64,000 nucleotides of DNA from Octopus vulgaris (GCA_951406725.2 OX597830.1:63984001-64048000), one strand, 5' to 3'. Numbered from the stretch's first letter, positions 28,955-43,199 are shown. A program made the numbers and translations. Notes: generated from the sequence alone by a model not told the origin.

Positions 28955-31149
28955 TGTGTGTGTGTATTATTTCGCCTGTCTTTACGTTCTGAGTTCAAAT
29001 TCCGCCAAGGTCGACTTTGCCTTTTATACTTTCGGGGTCGCTAAATTAAGTACCAGTTGCGAACTGGAGTCGATCTCATCGACTGGTCCCATCCGCAAAA
29101 ATGTTGGGCCTTGTGCCTAGAGTAGAAAAGATTGTATGTGTGTGTGTATACATGTATATATATATATATATATATATGTATGAATGTGACATTCGGTTTA
29201 TTCAAGAGACAGTCATAAGCAAATAAGGGACATCGATCGAAATATGTTGAAATATCTCTGCGGCTTAACTTGAGAGGAAGGGTTATCGCTGAAAAATATT
29301 CTTAAAAAGTGTTTTAAATTTTACATGGTTATAATTATAATCTTTATCGATCTTGTCACTTAATCTATCCAAACGTTAAACAGTTAAAATAATAAGAAAA
29401 TGCAAATGTATGTATGTATGTGTGGTGAAATATATTTTGTATATTTTTGCTTGCATTAAAGTATTACCAACACTTAATGTTCGTCATTGTTTATATATAT
29501 ATATATATACGGCGAAATGTGTGTAAAATGTGAGGAACTGTGGTGTGTTTTCGAGGAAATGGGGACAATGTAAAAAGAGGATTGTTATCAAATACCGAAA
29601 CGAAAAAAAGTCTTATTTGTTACAAAGGTGTTACTTGCTGTAGTTGAAAACAGGAAGTTCATTTCTGTTGACTCGACTCTTCAACATCAATAAACATCTT
29701 CAAACTTGTTTTTTCTTTGTTTCAAATACTGTTTCTAATTAAATACTTTAAAATTATCCAAATGTTTCTTTTCCTACCCTCGTAGCACACGTGCTTTTAA
29801 AAATGAAAGTATTTTTATTTTATCCCTTATAAGCAAACGATATTAAATTTTTCGCTTCGGTAATTCATGTGAACCACGATGTTTTTTTATACATTCTCTC
29901 CAATTTATTTGTAAATGAGCAGTAATTCACGTTTATCGTTAGAATAAATAAACAAGTTTGTGCTACTTTGGACGTCCCACAGTCAACCATTGTCACCGAT
30001 CTCTGTCGCTCGTTCGTTGTACATAGAAGGAGCCGTAGTGTCGAGACTTCAGGACATTGAAAGGATTCTTTTTCCACTTCCCCTTTGCCTTTTCTTCTGC
30101 TATGACTGAATACTAGGAGTTGTGGATGAAATTTAAGCTCCTTTCCAGGCAAGCTTTTCGGCCTTTCTCTGGAAGAAGGAGTGGCTCCCTGTTGCCAGCG
30201 TATTTAGTTTCTTACTGCCTGACAAAAACTAGAAACTTGTTAAATTTCTTTGAAACCACTTGAAGCAGGGGAAAAAAAGGTTTGGTTAATGTTTACATCT
30301 TGACCCGAAACATTAACCATTTGGTTAATGTTCACATCTTGAACGTTAACCAAAAATGTTCCCCAGATTTTTTTTTTCAGCATTTAAAGAATAAAAATTT
30401 TGTTTTTACACTGATGTTACTTCTTTATATTAATTTCTAGAAAATATGAATGCGATTTTAGTCATGGGCATTCAAAGCTTCAATTTTAAAAAATAATCTA
30501 GCAAAAGAATTGACATATTTCAAGTGATTGGAAAAATTTACTAGGATCCCCAAACAGTTTATTTTGTGGGGGGGTCTAACTGTTGCATCCATCGCCCGTG
30601 TTTGTTTACTGAGCATGTTTATATATGTATATAGCGGAGTGATACACGTTGTGCGTATTCGTTCTATTCAGAGCTCATACTCTTTTACTTGCCAATTCGA
30701 CCCCAGGACTTATTCTTTGTAAGACTAGTACTTATTCTATCGGTCTCTTTTGCTGAACCGCTAAGCTACTGGGAAGTAAACACAACAGCATCGGTTGTCC
30801 TGCGATGTTGGGGGGGGGGACAAACACGGACACTCAAACATATACACACATACATACAAATATATATATGTATATATATACGACGGACTTCTTTCAGTTT
30901 CCGTCTACCAAATCCACTCACAAGGCTTTGGTCCGCCCGAGGCTATAGTGGAAGACACTTGCCCAAGGTGCCACGCAGTGGGACTGAACCCGGAACCATG
31001 TGGTTGGTAAGCAAGCTACTTACCACACAGCCACTGCTATGCCTATACTATCTACCAAATGCGCATAACAAAATAGAGCTAATCATAGAAATATATTTAT
31101 ATATGTGTGCACAGCACGCACATACATGTACATATGCGCACACAAGTTT

Positions 31150-31304
31150 TTTTCATTGTCTCTCTATTTATTTTCTCTTATTCCTTTCTGTTGAAGAGCG
31201 TAGGCTCGAAATGTAAAAGACTTTTTCATTTTCCCAAGTGTCAAACTGATACACTTGCTTTTTCATACACATGTCTTTGTCTTTTGTTTTTCTATAAATT
31301 TCAA

Positions 31305-31305
<1 letters not shown>
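31150..31305 (+). mobile_element. Hammerhead-like dispersed repeat, family B; second copy at 53697-53862 (-)
   Basis: cttt-CTGTTGA-a-gagc-gtag-gctc-GAAA-y-GTA-aaag fold in both copies, with shared downstream sequence. Confidence 0.6.
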
Positions 31306-31364
<59 letters not shown>

Positions 31365-32599
31365 GTGTGTGTTTGTTTCCCTTCCATCGCTTTATAACCA
31401 ATGTTGATATGTTTTTATCCCTGTAACTTAATGGTTCAGCAAAAGAGTCCAATAGAATAAGCCCTAGGCTTACAAAGAATGAGTCCTGGGGTTGATTTCT
31501 TTGACTAAAACCCTATTAGGTGGTGCTTATTTCATCCTTTTGGAGGATCCCAAAACGTGGTTTCTAACAAAGATTCTTCATATTTTGCTGGTAACTTACT
31601 GGATAAGATTTTTGTGAATATGAAATTACTATTACAAGTATATGGTGTGTTATGGGAATTTATGGAAAGGTGGTATCGCATAGAAACAAGAGAATGAAGA
31701 AGAGATGTTGAAATATATAAAAGAATTTTGTATGCATGTATTAAAATTCTTTTTTATATTTCAACATCTCTTCTCCATTTTTAACATATTTGTTGAGTTT
31801 CTATGGGATACCTTTCCATAAATTCTCGTAACACACACCACACACACACAGATTACCATTCATAAATCTTTCCCTCTCCTCATAAAAAGAAATATACTCA
31901 CTCACATAAATTGAAATGGAGGAGGTGAAAGAAACATTAATAAAACATCTAATGTCAAGTGGATCAGAGTCCGATCAGCAATGCTAAAATGGTTGTGCCA
32001 AAATGTCTCATACCTGCCAAGTTCTTAGTTCTCTGCAATCTGTGATGCCAAGATATCATTGTCAGACTGGCTGACAAGGTGGATCCATCATAGTTGGGTG
32101 ATGTGATGTCTTCTAAAAAAACAGTTATTCTAACCGTTTCATAACCCTGTTTTCTTATTATTGCCCACAAGGGGCTAAACGTAGAGGGGACAAACAAGGA
32201 CAGACAAAGGGATTAAGTCGATTAGATCGACTCCAGTGTGTAACTAGTACTTATTTTATCGACCACAAAAGGATGAAAGGCAAAGTCGACCTCTGTGGAA
32301 TTTGAACTGAGAACATAACGGCAGACGAAATACCTATTTCTTTACTGCCCACAAGGGGCTAAACACAGAAGGGACAAACAAGGACAGACAAACGGATTAA
32401 GTCGATTATATCTACCCCAGTGCGTAACTGGTACTTATTTAATCGACCCCGAAAGGGTGAAAGGCAAAGTCGACCTCGGCGGAATTTGAACTCAGAACGT
32501 AACCGTAGACAAAATGCCGCTAGACATTCTGCCTGGCATGCTAACGTTTCTGCCAGCTCGCAGCCTTCCAACAGTTTCATGACCCTGTTTTCTATCACT

Positions 32600-33660
32600 C
32601 TCTATCCTATGATCCTACTAACAACTTGTGTACTCCACTGCCTACTTGAATCATCTGTTCCTCCTCTTTACTACCCAACACTGCTACTCTCTCGTCCACT
32701 CACCTTACACCTTCCACCATCTACATTCTCACCCCCGCCTCAAATCCATAAACTCAACTATTCTAACTGCGCCCTTGTCTCTACCTGTAATTGCCCTACC
32801 AAACTGGTTTTCATATATCTTGACCTCTTTCCTCACCCCTGATGACTTCCCTTCTTTCCACATCCATGCCTTCCTCCTCTTCAGCTCCTTCTTCTCTAGT
32901 TCTTTAACTCCCTGTACATCATCATCCCTCACAATGACAAATTTTCTCCCCCCTTCAGTGTAACCCCCAATCATTATACCACTCTCCAATCCATCATCTC
33001 CATCTTCTCCTAATTCATCCTTGCCCTCAATTGCTTATCTTTTGCAGGAGAGATTTACCTACAAATATCAGGTAGTTATGGGAACCAGAATGAGTCCTAA
33101 CTATCTGAAATTGTTTACTTGTTACGTTGAGGCCCAGTTCTTGTCATAGTTCCCTGGCCCTATCCCAGAGCTGTATGGCCATTTTATCAACAACTACATT
33201 AGCATTAACATTCTCTCGTATGACCAACTCAACACCATCATCTCTTTCACCAACTCATGAATTCACTTCCTCCATCTTTGACACCTCTCCTATCTTCCCT
33301 GATGTCTCTGATGCCATTGCCTCCATCCCCACCCTCCTCTCACTTATGTCATCCTATACTCCCTATTTCTGTCGTCACTGTGACTCAAGACCCAGTTCTG
33401 ATGCATAGTCTGGTTCTTCACTCAGCAAATACCTTCCATCCTAATCCAAGTTGTCCTCATCCACACCCATGGATGTTGACCCCCATCACTGCCCTTGCCC
33501 CACATCTGTCCCATTATTGTCTTCTCTTTCCACTCTCATATCCTTCCCATGTACAACCCTGTATACCTTCTAATTCTGCCAATTTGACTCTTCCGCCTCC
33601 CACTCTTTCCCTAACCCGCCCCTTCCCTGAAACCTGCATAACTTACTGGTTTGTTGCTTC
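32600..33660 (+). mobile_element. Degenerate Penelope-like (Neptune-type) reverse transcriptase remnant
   Basis: IHKLN..ALVSTCNCPTKLVFIYLD and ILALNCLSFAGEIYLQISG-VMGTRMSPNY resemble PLE RT motifs (PKIHK..RPIVS..CPT; G.AMGTRMAPSYA). Confidence 0.65.
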
Positions 33661-33669
33661 TTCCATATC

Positions 33670-35160
33670 CTGTCTGAGACCAGATGCCTGTGGGAACTCT
33701 AATTTGCTGATGATCTCATTCTTGTAGCTGAATCTGCAGTAGAATTGGAGAAGAAATTGAAGGGGGAATTACAACCGTGTTTTGTGGTCTGCTACCACAA
33801 CAGCTCCTTTATAGGATCCTGTTAGCTCAAGACATCATCAGGAGGAACCACGTCTGGTTTCGGCCCCTACTCCTCTACCATTTTGACGTGACGGCACCCC
33901 CCTTTCGGAGGTGTCTTCAGCTCTGGTGTTGGGTGTGTGTCTTCTTTCTTCTTCTTTCTTCTGTTCCCTGGCCTCTTCGATGTATCGTCAGCGAGTGTCA
34001 GCCGGTGACTGACTGTCTTGTCAAATTTCTCCCTTTAAATACCTGCCACATAGGCTCCAGCAGGCAGCCCCAGCAAGTTGTCATGTGACACTGTCTCACC
34101 TTAACTGACTAGTGAAGGCGCGTAGTCTTAGCCTGCGCATTTTCTAATTAAAACCTGGAATCAAAGAGCCTTGAAATTAACTTGGCAAAGGCCAAAGTTT
34201 TAGTAAGCTGATAAAAGCAGGACATCACTAATTCTATCAGGGAAATGGCCTTACTCGACATGTAGAATAGGTGTAGGCAGGAATTCTGTATGGTGTACCC
34301 AGTGCAAATTGAAGACACACAATGGGAAGGTTATCTGAGAACGTAGACATTGTATGTGGCAGATGCACAGAAACAAAAAGAGCCAAGAACACATGGGAAA
34401 TAGATATTCTTAAATGCCCTAAAGGTCCCCTTGAGGTAATAATTTCTGTTATCTAGGAGACCTACTGTATTTTAACATGTATAAGGAATCCCCTGATTTT
34501 GGGGACTTAAAATTTGGAAAAAAAAGATTTTGTAAGGGTTTATAATACTATCAATGTATAAGAAACTCCCATATTTTTTAAACCTAATTTTTGACAAAAG
34601 AGGGTTCCCTATATTGTAATCAGCAGTGGAGAAAGATGTTTTGAAAGTATTGTGCTTGAATAAGATTAGACTGGAAAAAGTTCATAGAGTTGTTACTTCT
34701 GTTGATAGTAAAAGGTTTCTCTCTCAGAGTGAAATGTAGACTGTTTGATGCCTTTGTATGAACTGCAGTGCTACATGTTAGTGAATGTAGCGGACCTGCA
34801 AAGACCAGAAAGAAATGAAATGAGCATACTCAACTGGGAGTACAGTGTTGGTGTGCATGCATGAGTGAGTGACTTGAGTAGAAATGTGTTGAGAGAGCAA
34901 CTGGGCCTAAGAGGAATTGGATTTAGTGTGCAAGAGGGAAGACTGCGTTGATATGGGCATGTAAGGAGTATGGATGAAGACTCTGAATAAAAATGAGCTG
35001 ATTGCTTATAGTGGATGGAAACTGTGGAAGATGCAGACCCAGGAAGACTTAAGATAAAGTGATGAAAACTGATCTCAAAATGTTGGGCCTTGTGAAAGCA
35101 ATGACATGAGATTATGTTAACTGATAAAATGCATTGTTTGAGAAGAACCAATGCAAGAAT
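33670..35160 (+). mobile_element. RTE-clade LINE remnant (RT and C-terminus), interrupted by two insertions
   Basis: WEL*FADDLILVAESAVELEKK; NLESKSLEINLAKAKVLVS; SGKWP..CR.GVGRNSVWCTQC; VQEGRLR*YGHVRSMDED. Confidence 0.75.
33762..34148 (-). mobile_element. pLTR-like insertion with several degenerate hammerhead cores, interrupting an RTE RT frame
   Basis: Splits RTE ..AVELEKKL / NLESK... Reverse complement carries CTGACGA, CTGAAGA..GAAAcca-gacg-tgGTT and CTGATGA..cacggttGTAattcccc; the last resembles the 19328 motif. Confidence 0.5.
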
Positions 35161-36056
35161 GGCAAGCTTGATGTACTGCCAGTATAATGTGCATAAACAT
35201 AATTTGGTCCCTCGACAAGTCTGCACCTGTTACTCCCCTTCTCCTTCACATCTTCCCATCACTCATCCTTTCATCATTTTTCTATCTTCTGTATTATTCT
35301 GATGATGTAAATTAGTGAAAGCAGAACCTGTAACCTACACATCATATTCATCATTGCTTGCATCATCATCATCATCATCATCATCATTTTGACGTCTGTT
35401 GTCCGTGCTGGCATGGGTTGGATGGTTCGACCGGGGGATCTGGGAAGCCAGAAGGCTGCACCAGGCTCCAGTCTTATCTGGCAGTGTTTCTACAGCTGGA
35501 TGCCCTTCCTAACGCCAACCACTCCGTGAGTGTAGTGGGTGCTTTATATGTGCCACCTGCACAGGTGCCAGGCGAGGTTGGCAACGGCCACGGTTGGATT
35601 GGTGCATTTTACGTGCCACCGGCACAGAAGCCAGTCAAGGTGGCACTGGCATCGGCCACGATTCGGATGGTGCTTTTTAGGTGCTATCGGCACGGAAGCC
35701 AGTCGAGACAGCGCTGGCATTGGCCACGATTCTCATCATCATCATTTAACGTCTGTTGTCCGTGCTGGCATGGGTTGGACAGTTTGACTGGGCTGGCATG
35801 TTAGAAGGCTGCACTAGATTCCAGTGTGATTGGACATGGTTTCCTACAGATGGATACCCTTCCTAATGCCAACCACTCTGAGTGTGTAATGGGTACTTTT
35901 ACATGCCACCAGCATGGATGCCCAGATGCACGACACCAGTATCTGCCACATCTACAATTTTGCTTGGCTTCAGGGGTCTTCTTCTCAAGCATGACAATAC
36001 CAAAGGTCTTGGTCATTGCCTCCATAAGGCTCAACACTCGAAAGGAAACAGTAAGA

Positions 36057-36102
36057 GACACCTGATGAAGGCTGTTGGGTATATCAGCCGAAACGTTCTG
36101 TC
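36057..36102 (+). ncRNA. Minimal type I hammerhead motif in a short repeat (about 36056-36172)
   Basis: gacac-CTGATGA-a-ggctg-ttgggtatat-cagcc-GAAA-c-GTT-ctgtc; perfect 5-bp stem II, ACGT palindromic stem III, one stem I mismatch. Confidence 0.75.
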
Positions 36103-36579
36103 AACAACCAACAAAATGAGGACAAATATCTGTCAAATGTACATAATTCCTCATCTCTTAAATATAGAACTGTATATATTAAATATATGTATTTCTCTGG
36201 GAAATTGCAGAAGGCAATTTTCCAAATAATTCGATTACGGCTGCCCTGAAGAGCAATGGCTTCTCCAGAGCAGTGGCACAAATAGAGTGGAAGAAGAATG
36301 AGTTCATCCGATCTTATGTGCTCATATGGCCACACCTGAAGAAGTTGGACATCATTTTCAAAAGTGGTGAAAAAAAAAATGATGACACTGCCTGTGCGAA
36401 ACCTGACACAGAAAGCAGTGGCAACGGCAACGCCACAGTTAAAATGCTGAAGGAAAGAAATGAGAAAAGTGCGAACACCCACAGCCCCAACGCCTCCCAA
36501 AGCAGCAATGTTGCATACTGGAGTTGATCTAATTGACTGGACCCGTCCCCAAAATTTTTGGCCTTTGTGCAGAAAAGAA

Positions 36580-36905
36580 CATTGGCTATTGATGAGATGA
36601 GATCAAACTCAGCAACAGTCCCAGATGGACTCCCGGCTGTTCTCCTAAAGACATGTGAAAAGTCTCTTGCGAAGCCACTGCAGATACTCTTTCAGAGCTT
36701 CTCTGCATGTTGTAAACTTCCCAAAATGCTAAAAGGGGGTATAATATGCCCTGTCCATAAAAGAGGGAGTAGAGTAGATGCTGAAGGCTACGGGCCCATC
36801 TTTCTGACCTCGCATGTTAGCAAGACAATGGAATATATTGTCAGAAAAAAGGCTGATCACGTTCCTAGAAGAAAAGAATCTTCTCACAAACATGCAACAT
36901 GGCTT
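36580..36905 (+). mobile_element. CR1-type LINE RT fragment
   Basis: AIDEMRSNSATVPDGLPAVLLKTC..LAKPLQILF..IICPVHKRGSR..YGPIFLTSHVSKTME (RT domains 0-2). Confidence 0.8.
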
Positions 36906-36908
36906 CCA

Positions 36909-36943
<35 letters not shown>

Positions 36944-37247
36944 TTAGCGTCCGTTCTCCATGCTAGCATGGGTTGGACGGTTCAACTGGGGTCTGTGAAG
37001 CTGGAAGGCTTCATCAGGCCCAGTCAGATCTGGCAGTGTTTCTATGGCTGGATGCCCTTCCTAACGCCAACCACTCCGTGAGTGTAGTGGGTGCTTTTTA
37101 CGTGCCACCCGCACAGGTGCCAGACAGAGCTGGCAAACGGCCACGAACGGATGGTGCTTTTACGTGTCACCGGCACGGGGGCCAGGCGAGGCTGGCAACG
37201 GACACGAACGGATGGTGCTTTTACGTGCCACCAACATGCCTATATAT

Positions 37248-37305
<58 letters not shown>

Positions 37306-37698
37306 ACTAATATAATAAATGCGAAAACTAATTTCTGTGTGTCAGTGTGTCATAATTAGACCGCACCTCTCCTGCTATTCAGTGACACCCCTACTATTCC
37401 TGATGATGGGGTGAGAGTAATAGTAGGCAAGAGACAGTGAGGGTGGTTGCGAAGACAGACAGAGAGAGAGAGAAAAAAAGAAAAAAGAGGGTGAGAAAGA
37501 GATACAAAGAAATTTAGAGTTGATGATGTTTTATTAAAAATAGTAGTGTTGATGGTGACAGTAAGAGAAAGAATGGGTATGTGAGAGAAAGAGGGAGATG
37601 ATGTACAATTTCATTTAACCATGCCTCTTTGACAGAAATTCCTGTCATCAACATACTCACTATCATTTTTGTTTTGTTTTTTGCTTTCTTTAATAGTA

Positions 37699-38957
37699 CA
37701 AGGGTTGGACAAAATAATGGAAACACTTAGCATCATAGCATCATAATTTCAAAATATTTATAAAACCATCAAAAGCTTATTTACTTTTTTTTTTTTATTA
37801 GTGTTGCTTAAAATGTTTTGCTAAAATTGCTATTTCTTTTCAGATATCATCAGAAAAAGGTAGTTAAAATTCATTAAAATGACAGATCTATGGGACTTTC
37901 AAAGAGGTCAAATTGTTGGTGCTCATATGGCAGGTGCTAGCGTAACAAAAACAGTCGAAATGTTTGGTGTATCAAGAAGTATTGTCTTGAAAGTAATGAT
38001 AGCCTTTGAGAAAGAGGGAAAAGCCTCCTCGCCAAAACAAAACTCCGGAAGGCAACCAAAACTCCGGAAGGCAACCAAAACTTTCAGATAGGGACCGCTG
38101 GACTCTTACACGAATTGTTAGAAAAGATCACAAACGTACAGCTCCCAAAAATTACTGCAGAGCTTAATGACCACCTCAAGAACCCAGTTTCCACAAAAAC
38201 TGTTCGCCAGGAGCTGCACAAAGCCAGATTTCATAGGTGGGCTGCAATCAGAAAACCACTACTTTCAAAAACAAATGTTGCAAAACATTTAGAGTGGAGT
38301 ATAAACCTACAGAATTGGTTTTTAGAGCAGTGGAAGAATGTTATTTTCTTGGATGAGTCACCCTTTACTTTTTTTCTGACCACTGGCTGAGTATACATGT
38401 GGAGACAGCCAAAAGAAGCATTTTACCCAAACTGCCTTCTTCCAACTCTGAAACATGGAGGAGGATCTGTGATGATCGGTGGGGGGGGGCTGTATCTTGG
38501 AAATCCGCCATCCCAATGGTCTCCTTTCATGACAGAATTAATAGTTAAGACTAAGTATTTTATCAGATCAAATTCAACCTATGCTTACGTAACTGCTTTC
38601 GGATGGAAACAGAATCTTTCAGGATGATAATGCACCAATTCACACAGCTAAAGTTGTTACTGAATGGCACGAGGAACATTCTAGTGAAGTTGAACATCTT
38701 ATCTGGCCACCACAGTCCCCAGATCTCAATATTATTGAACATTTATGGTGCATTTTAGAAAAACAAGGAGTCGATATCCTCCACCATCATCACTACAAGA
38801 ACTGGAAACTGTTTTAACTGAAGAATGGACAGAAGTTTCCTTGGAAACAATTCAAACATTGTATGAGTCCATACTTCATAAAATTGAAGCTGTAATTACT
38901 GCCAAAGGCAGTCCTACCGCTTATTAAAAGAGATTTGTTTGAAATTTTAAGGTGTTT
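37699..38957 (+). mobile_element. Tc1-family DNA transposon with decayed DD34E transposase
   Basis: TA then TIR CAAGGGTTGGACAAAATAATGGAAACAC. Fragments DFQRGQIVGAHMAGASVTK, RKPLLSKTN..WKNVIFLDES, KHGGGSVMI, IFQDDNAPIH..WPPQSPDLNIIEHLW; frameshifted; right TIR truncated after ggtgttt. Confidence 0.9.
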
Positions 38958-39020
38958 TGGATTTCATGTTTTCTTATTTCATGTTGTTTGTGTTTTATGA
39001 CATCCTGTACCCATATATGC

Positions 39021-39073
<53 letters not shown>

Positions 39074-39115
39074 TACATATGTATATATCAGTACGTATAT
39101 ATATGTATGTATATA

Positions 39116-39146
<31 letters not shown>

Positions 39147-39899
39147 TTTATTTATATTATCATATGATTGAACGCCACACATCCATTTCCAGATAATTTT
39201 GATGCGACTCTCCTCTATACATTTCTCTCTCTCTTTTTTTCTCCTCTTGTCCCCTTTTGCTTTTTCCCTCTCATCCTTTTCCTAATTCTTTTTCCTCCCC
39301 TTCACCGTTTTCTCTCTCTCTCTCTCTCTCTCTCTCCCTCTTCCTCCTTTACTGTCTTGTTGTTCACACCTGACCATCATCCACCTTTCTTTTCCAAACG
39401 TGTTCATCTTTCTTTTCTTCCAGTCTGTTGCACAGACCAGACGTATTCTTATCTGTCTCCTCTCCTATCAAAGAATCTTCCTCCAACGTTGGCCACCTTA
39501 CTCCGTCTGGCTTAGCAGCCCTCACTGTTTGTTTCACTGCCCTGTTTTTGTTACCAACTTTGACCCTCCGCAAAATCCAAAATTTTATTTTGGTTTGTGG
39601 AAGCAACTGTTTTCTCGAAGGCACATATTGTCGTGCATTGCTTGAAATGTTGAATAGATAAACAGCCGACAACTGATGAGGGGTCATTTTTTATGTTACT
39701 TGTTTTGTCTTCCATTTGTTTCTCTCGTTGTTCGCAAAGAAGAAAAAAAACAGTTTGTCTTCGTATTTTGGATTTCATGTTTTTGTATATCATGTTGTTT
39801 ACATTTTGCGATGTCCTGTAGCCATATATGCATATATATATACACACATATATGTCAATATGTACATATATGTATGTATATATGCCTTTATATATATCT

Positions 39900-39935
<36 letters not shown>

Positions 39936-39944
39936 TATATATAC

Positions 39945-40021
<77 letters not shown>

Positions 40022-40382
40022 CATACATACATATATACATACATATATATATATATGTATATATATATGTATGTATATATATATATATATATACATACAT
40101 ATATACATACATATATATATACATACATATATATATACATACATATATATATATACATACATATGTATATATATATACATATATATATATATACATATAT
40201 ATACATATATATATATATACATATATATATATACATACATATATATGTATATATATATACATACATATATATACATATATATGTATATATATACATACAT
40301 ATATACATATATACATATATATATACATACATATATACATATATACATACATATATACATATATACATATATATATACATAC

Positions 40383-40415
<33 letters not shown>

Positions 40416-40910
40416 TACAGACACATATTGAGGTCAGTACATTTTCAGTGAGACAAAAAAAATGCAGTATAATGTAAAATGTGTTCAAATACTTTTGAAA
40501 AGAAATTGTTAAGCCTTGTTAAGCTGTTTCACTAAGAGAACCTATTTTTTGTTTGCATCTCACAATAGGTCGAAGATAAGTGGCACTCCTTCTGTGTGTA
40601 TGCATATGTATATATATATGTGTGTGTGTGTGTGTGCGTGTGTGTCAGTGTGTGTTAATGTTTGTTTTCCTGTTCAGTTATAAAAAAAAAAAAAACTTTT
40701 ATTTTAATCTAATGGATTATTCGATAGTTTATTTTAGATTAAAAAATGAATTATTCTAAAACAAGATTAAATGTTGACTGTGACACTGAAGTTTCGGCCA
40801 GTTAAACCATCGTCACACTATTTACACATACTTATATATTTATAGAACATAACACAAACACACACAAATGCATACACATTTTATATATATGTATATATAT
40901 ATCTATACAT

Positions 40911-40962
<52 letters not shown>

Positions 40963-41535
40963 CATTGTCATTATCTAATGTAAGCTTTTCATGCTGGCTT
41001 GGGTGGGATCATATATACGCACACATATATACTTGTATTATTAATAATAATAAAGGGTAAAATTAATGAATTAATTAATAATTGATAATTCTACCAAGTA
41101 GTTTCAGCTTGTTAATGGACCATTATCAGTAAACTAAAACAATAATTTTTATAATTATGAGTATAATTGTAATTATGGTTCAGCAAAAAAAATTTGCTTC
41201 ACCACATACCAAAATTTAGAAATAGCAGCCCCCAAAAAACTAGCTATTATAAATATATACATATATATATATACATACATGTATGTATGTATGTAAATAT
41301 ATATATATATGTATATATATATATTTTTCAAAATGTGACCTCGTGTGTATCGTTGGCGATTTTTTTTTCCTCTGTCTTCCCTTCTCTGGATCTTTCCTTC
41401 TCCTATGTTTCTGACGAAGAGCTCCGCTTGAAACGTTAAACCCTCCTTCTTTAATTCTTTCCTGAGCGTCCAATAATACTATATTTGTTCCACGTCCTCG
41501 CGTTGTCGTGTTTTTTTGTGCTTTCTTGTTTGGAT

Positions 41536-41583
<48 letters not shown>

Positions 41584-42123
41584 ATATATATACACATTAT
41601 ATGCACATATATATGTATATACATACATTCTGTATATGTATATATAAACATCTATATGTCTTTATATGTATATATATACATATGCACACACACTAGTGGT
41701 CGGGTGTTCCCGACTGAAGATGGGCACAAGTAACCTGGACCCATTGAGTCTCGTGATCCTGTTGTCAGCTGGAGGATGGTAGGGCTTTGCTCACCTGACT
41801 GCAATATATATATATATATATATATATACAGGTTGCAGATTGTACCAGTAACCCACTGGCAGAAGGTCTGTCTGGTGTTAAAATGGTAATAACATTGAAC
41901 AGCCATACTGATGTGGCGATAAATATTACTTCTTGGTTTTGATTACTACTTTCATCTCATTGAGATTTTCCTAATGAGCTACTTTACTTATTTATATATA
42001 TTGTTAGCATGGTGAACAAAATGCATCACAGCATTTTGTCTGTCTTTATGTTCTGAGTTCAATTTCCGCCAAGGCTGACTTTGCCTTTCATCCTGTCAGG
42101 ATCAATAAAATATATTCCATTTG

Positions 42124-42272
42124 AGCACTGGGGTCGATGTAACCAGGTAGCACTGGGGTCGATGTAATCAGGTAGCACTGGGGTCGATGTAATCAGGTAG
42201 CACTGGGGTCGACGTAATCAGGTAGCACTGGGGTCGATGTAATCAGGTAGCACTGGGGTCGATGTAATCAGG
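42124..42272. repeat. 25-bp minisatellite, 6 copies
   Basis: Unit agcactggggtcgatgtaatcaggt, derived from SINE family 2. Confidence 0.95.
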
Positions 42273-43199
42273 CGGCGAGCTGGCAGAAACGTTAGCACGC
42301 CGGGCGAAATGCATAGCCGTATTTCGTCTGCCGCTACGTTCTCAGTTCAAATTCTGCCGAGGTCGACTTTACCTTTCATCCTTTCGGGGTCATTAAATTA
42401 AGTACCAGTTACGCACTGGGGTCAATGTAATCGACTTAATCCGTTTGTCTGTCCTTGTTTGTCCTCTCTGTGTTTAGCCACTTGTGGGTAGTAAAGAAAT
42501 AGGTAGCTAACCCCACCTCCAAATTTCATGCTTTGTGCCTATAGTAAAAAGGAAGCATTTTCATGTCTCACATGTTTGCCTGATCTCTTCTTGTTTCAAG
42601 CACTTTGCTTGAAGTGCCCACTCTAGGTTGTCTTCCCAATGCACTGTTCACTTCAAAGATAAAATAATCTTTATTTTTGTCAGGAGTTGTTTAGTGATTG
42701 TTGCACAGCTTACCAAGAGCACTTATTTTCAGTCATGTAAGGCTTGCTTTATTTCCCCCCAAAATATGTCCCAGAAAAATACCCTGCTCCTTATATCCTT
42801 AACATCAGGCTTTGGGCAGGCTTGGACTCCTGGTGAACACTAATTTCAGTGCTATAGTAGGCAAACTGGTCCCCTAAATGAAGGAATTTCTTACACCTTC
42901 CTTACAAAATGTGTCCTAAATTTCTTTAGAATGATTAGTAACTAAACATTATAAATTGCAAATATATATGTTAGTGTAGATCTATGTATATACGTGTGTA
43001 TGTATATGTAGATGTTGTGTATACATGTGTATGTGTGTGCAGGTACATATATATACGTATATATGGGTGTGTGTGTATTATAATGATGATAATTTTACCT
43101 TTAACTCTTAGACAAAACAAATACCAGTTGAGTACTGGAGTTGATGTTATAGACTAGGCCCCTTCCCTGAACTAGTTGGCCTTGTGCCAGAATTTGAAA

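Noticed and set aside
30689-31216. Recurrent ORFs such as [35 protein letters not shown] and KAVLQHGRSQMTETSKR
   Set aside because: Chance frames in SINE family 1, repeated wherever the SINE occurs.
40780-40820. Hammerhead-like relic related to 13357-13388
   Set aside because: Core mutated to GTGACGA and stems broken; noted only as a decayed relative.
41695-41805. GC-rich island with CTGAAGA, possible ribozyme
   Set aside because: No GAAA partner, and no HDV-like fold could be built by eye.
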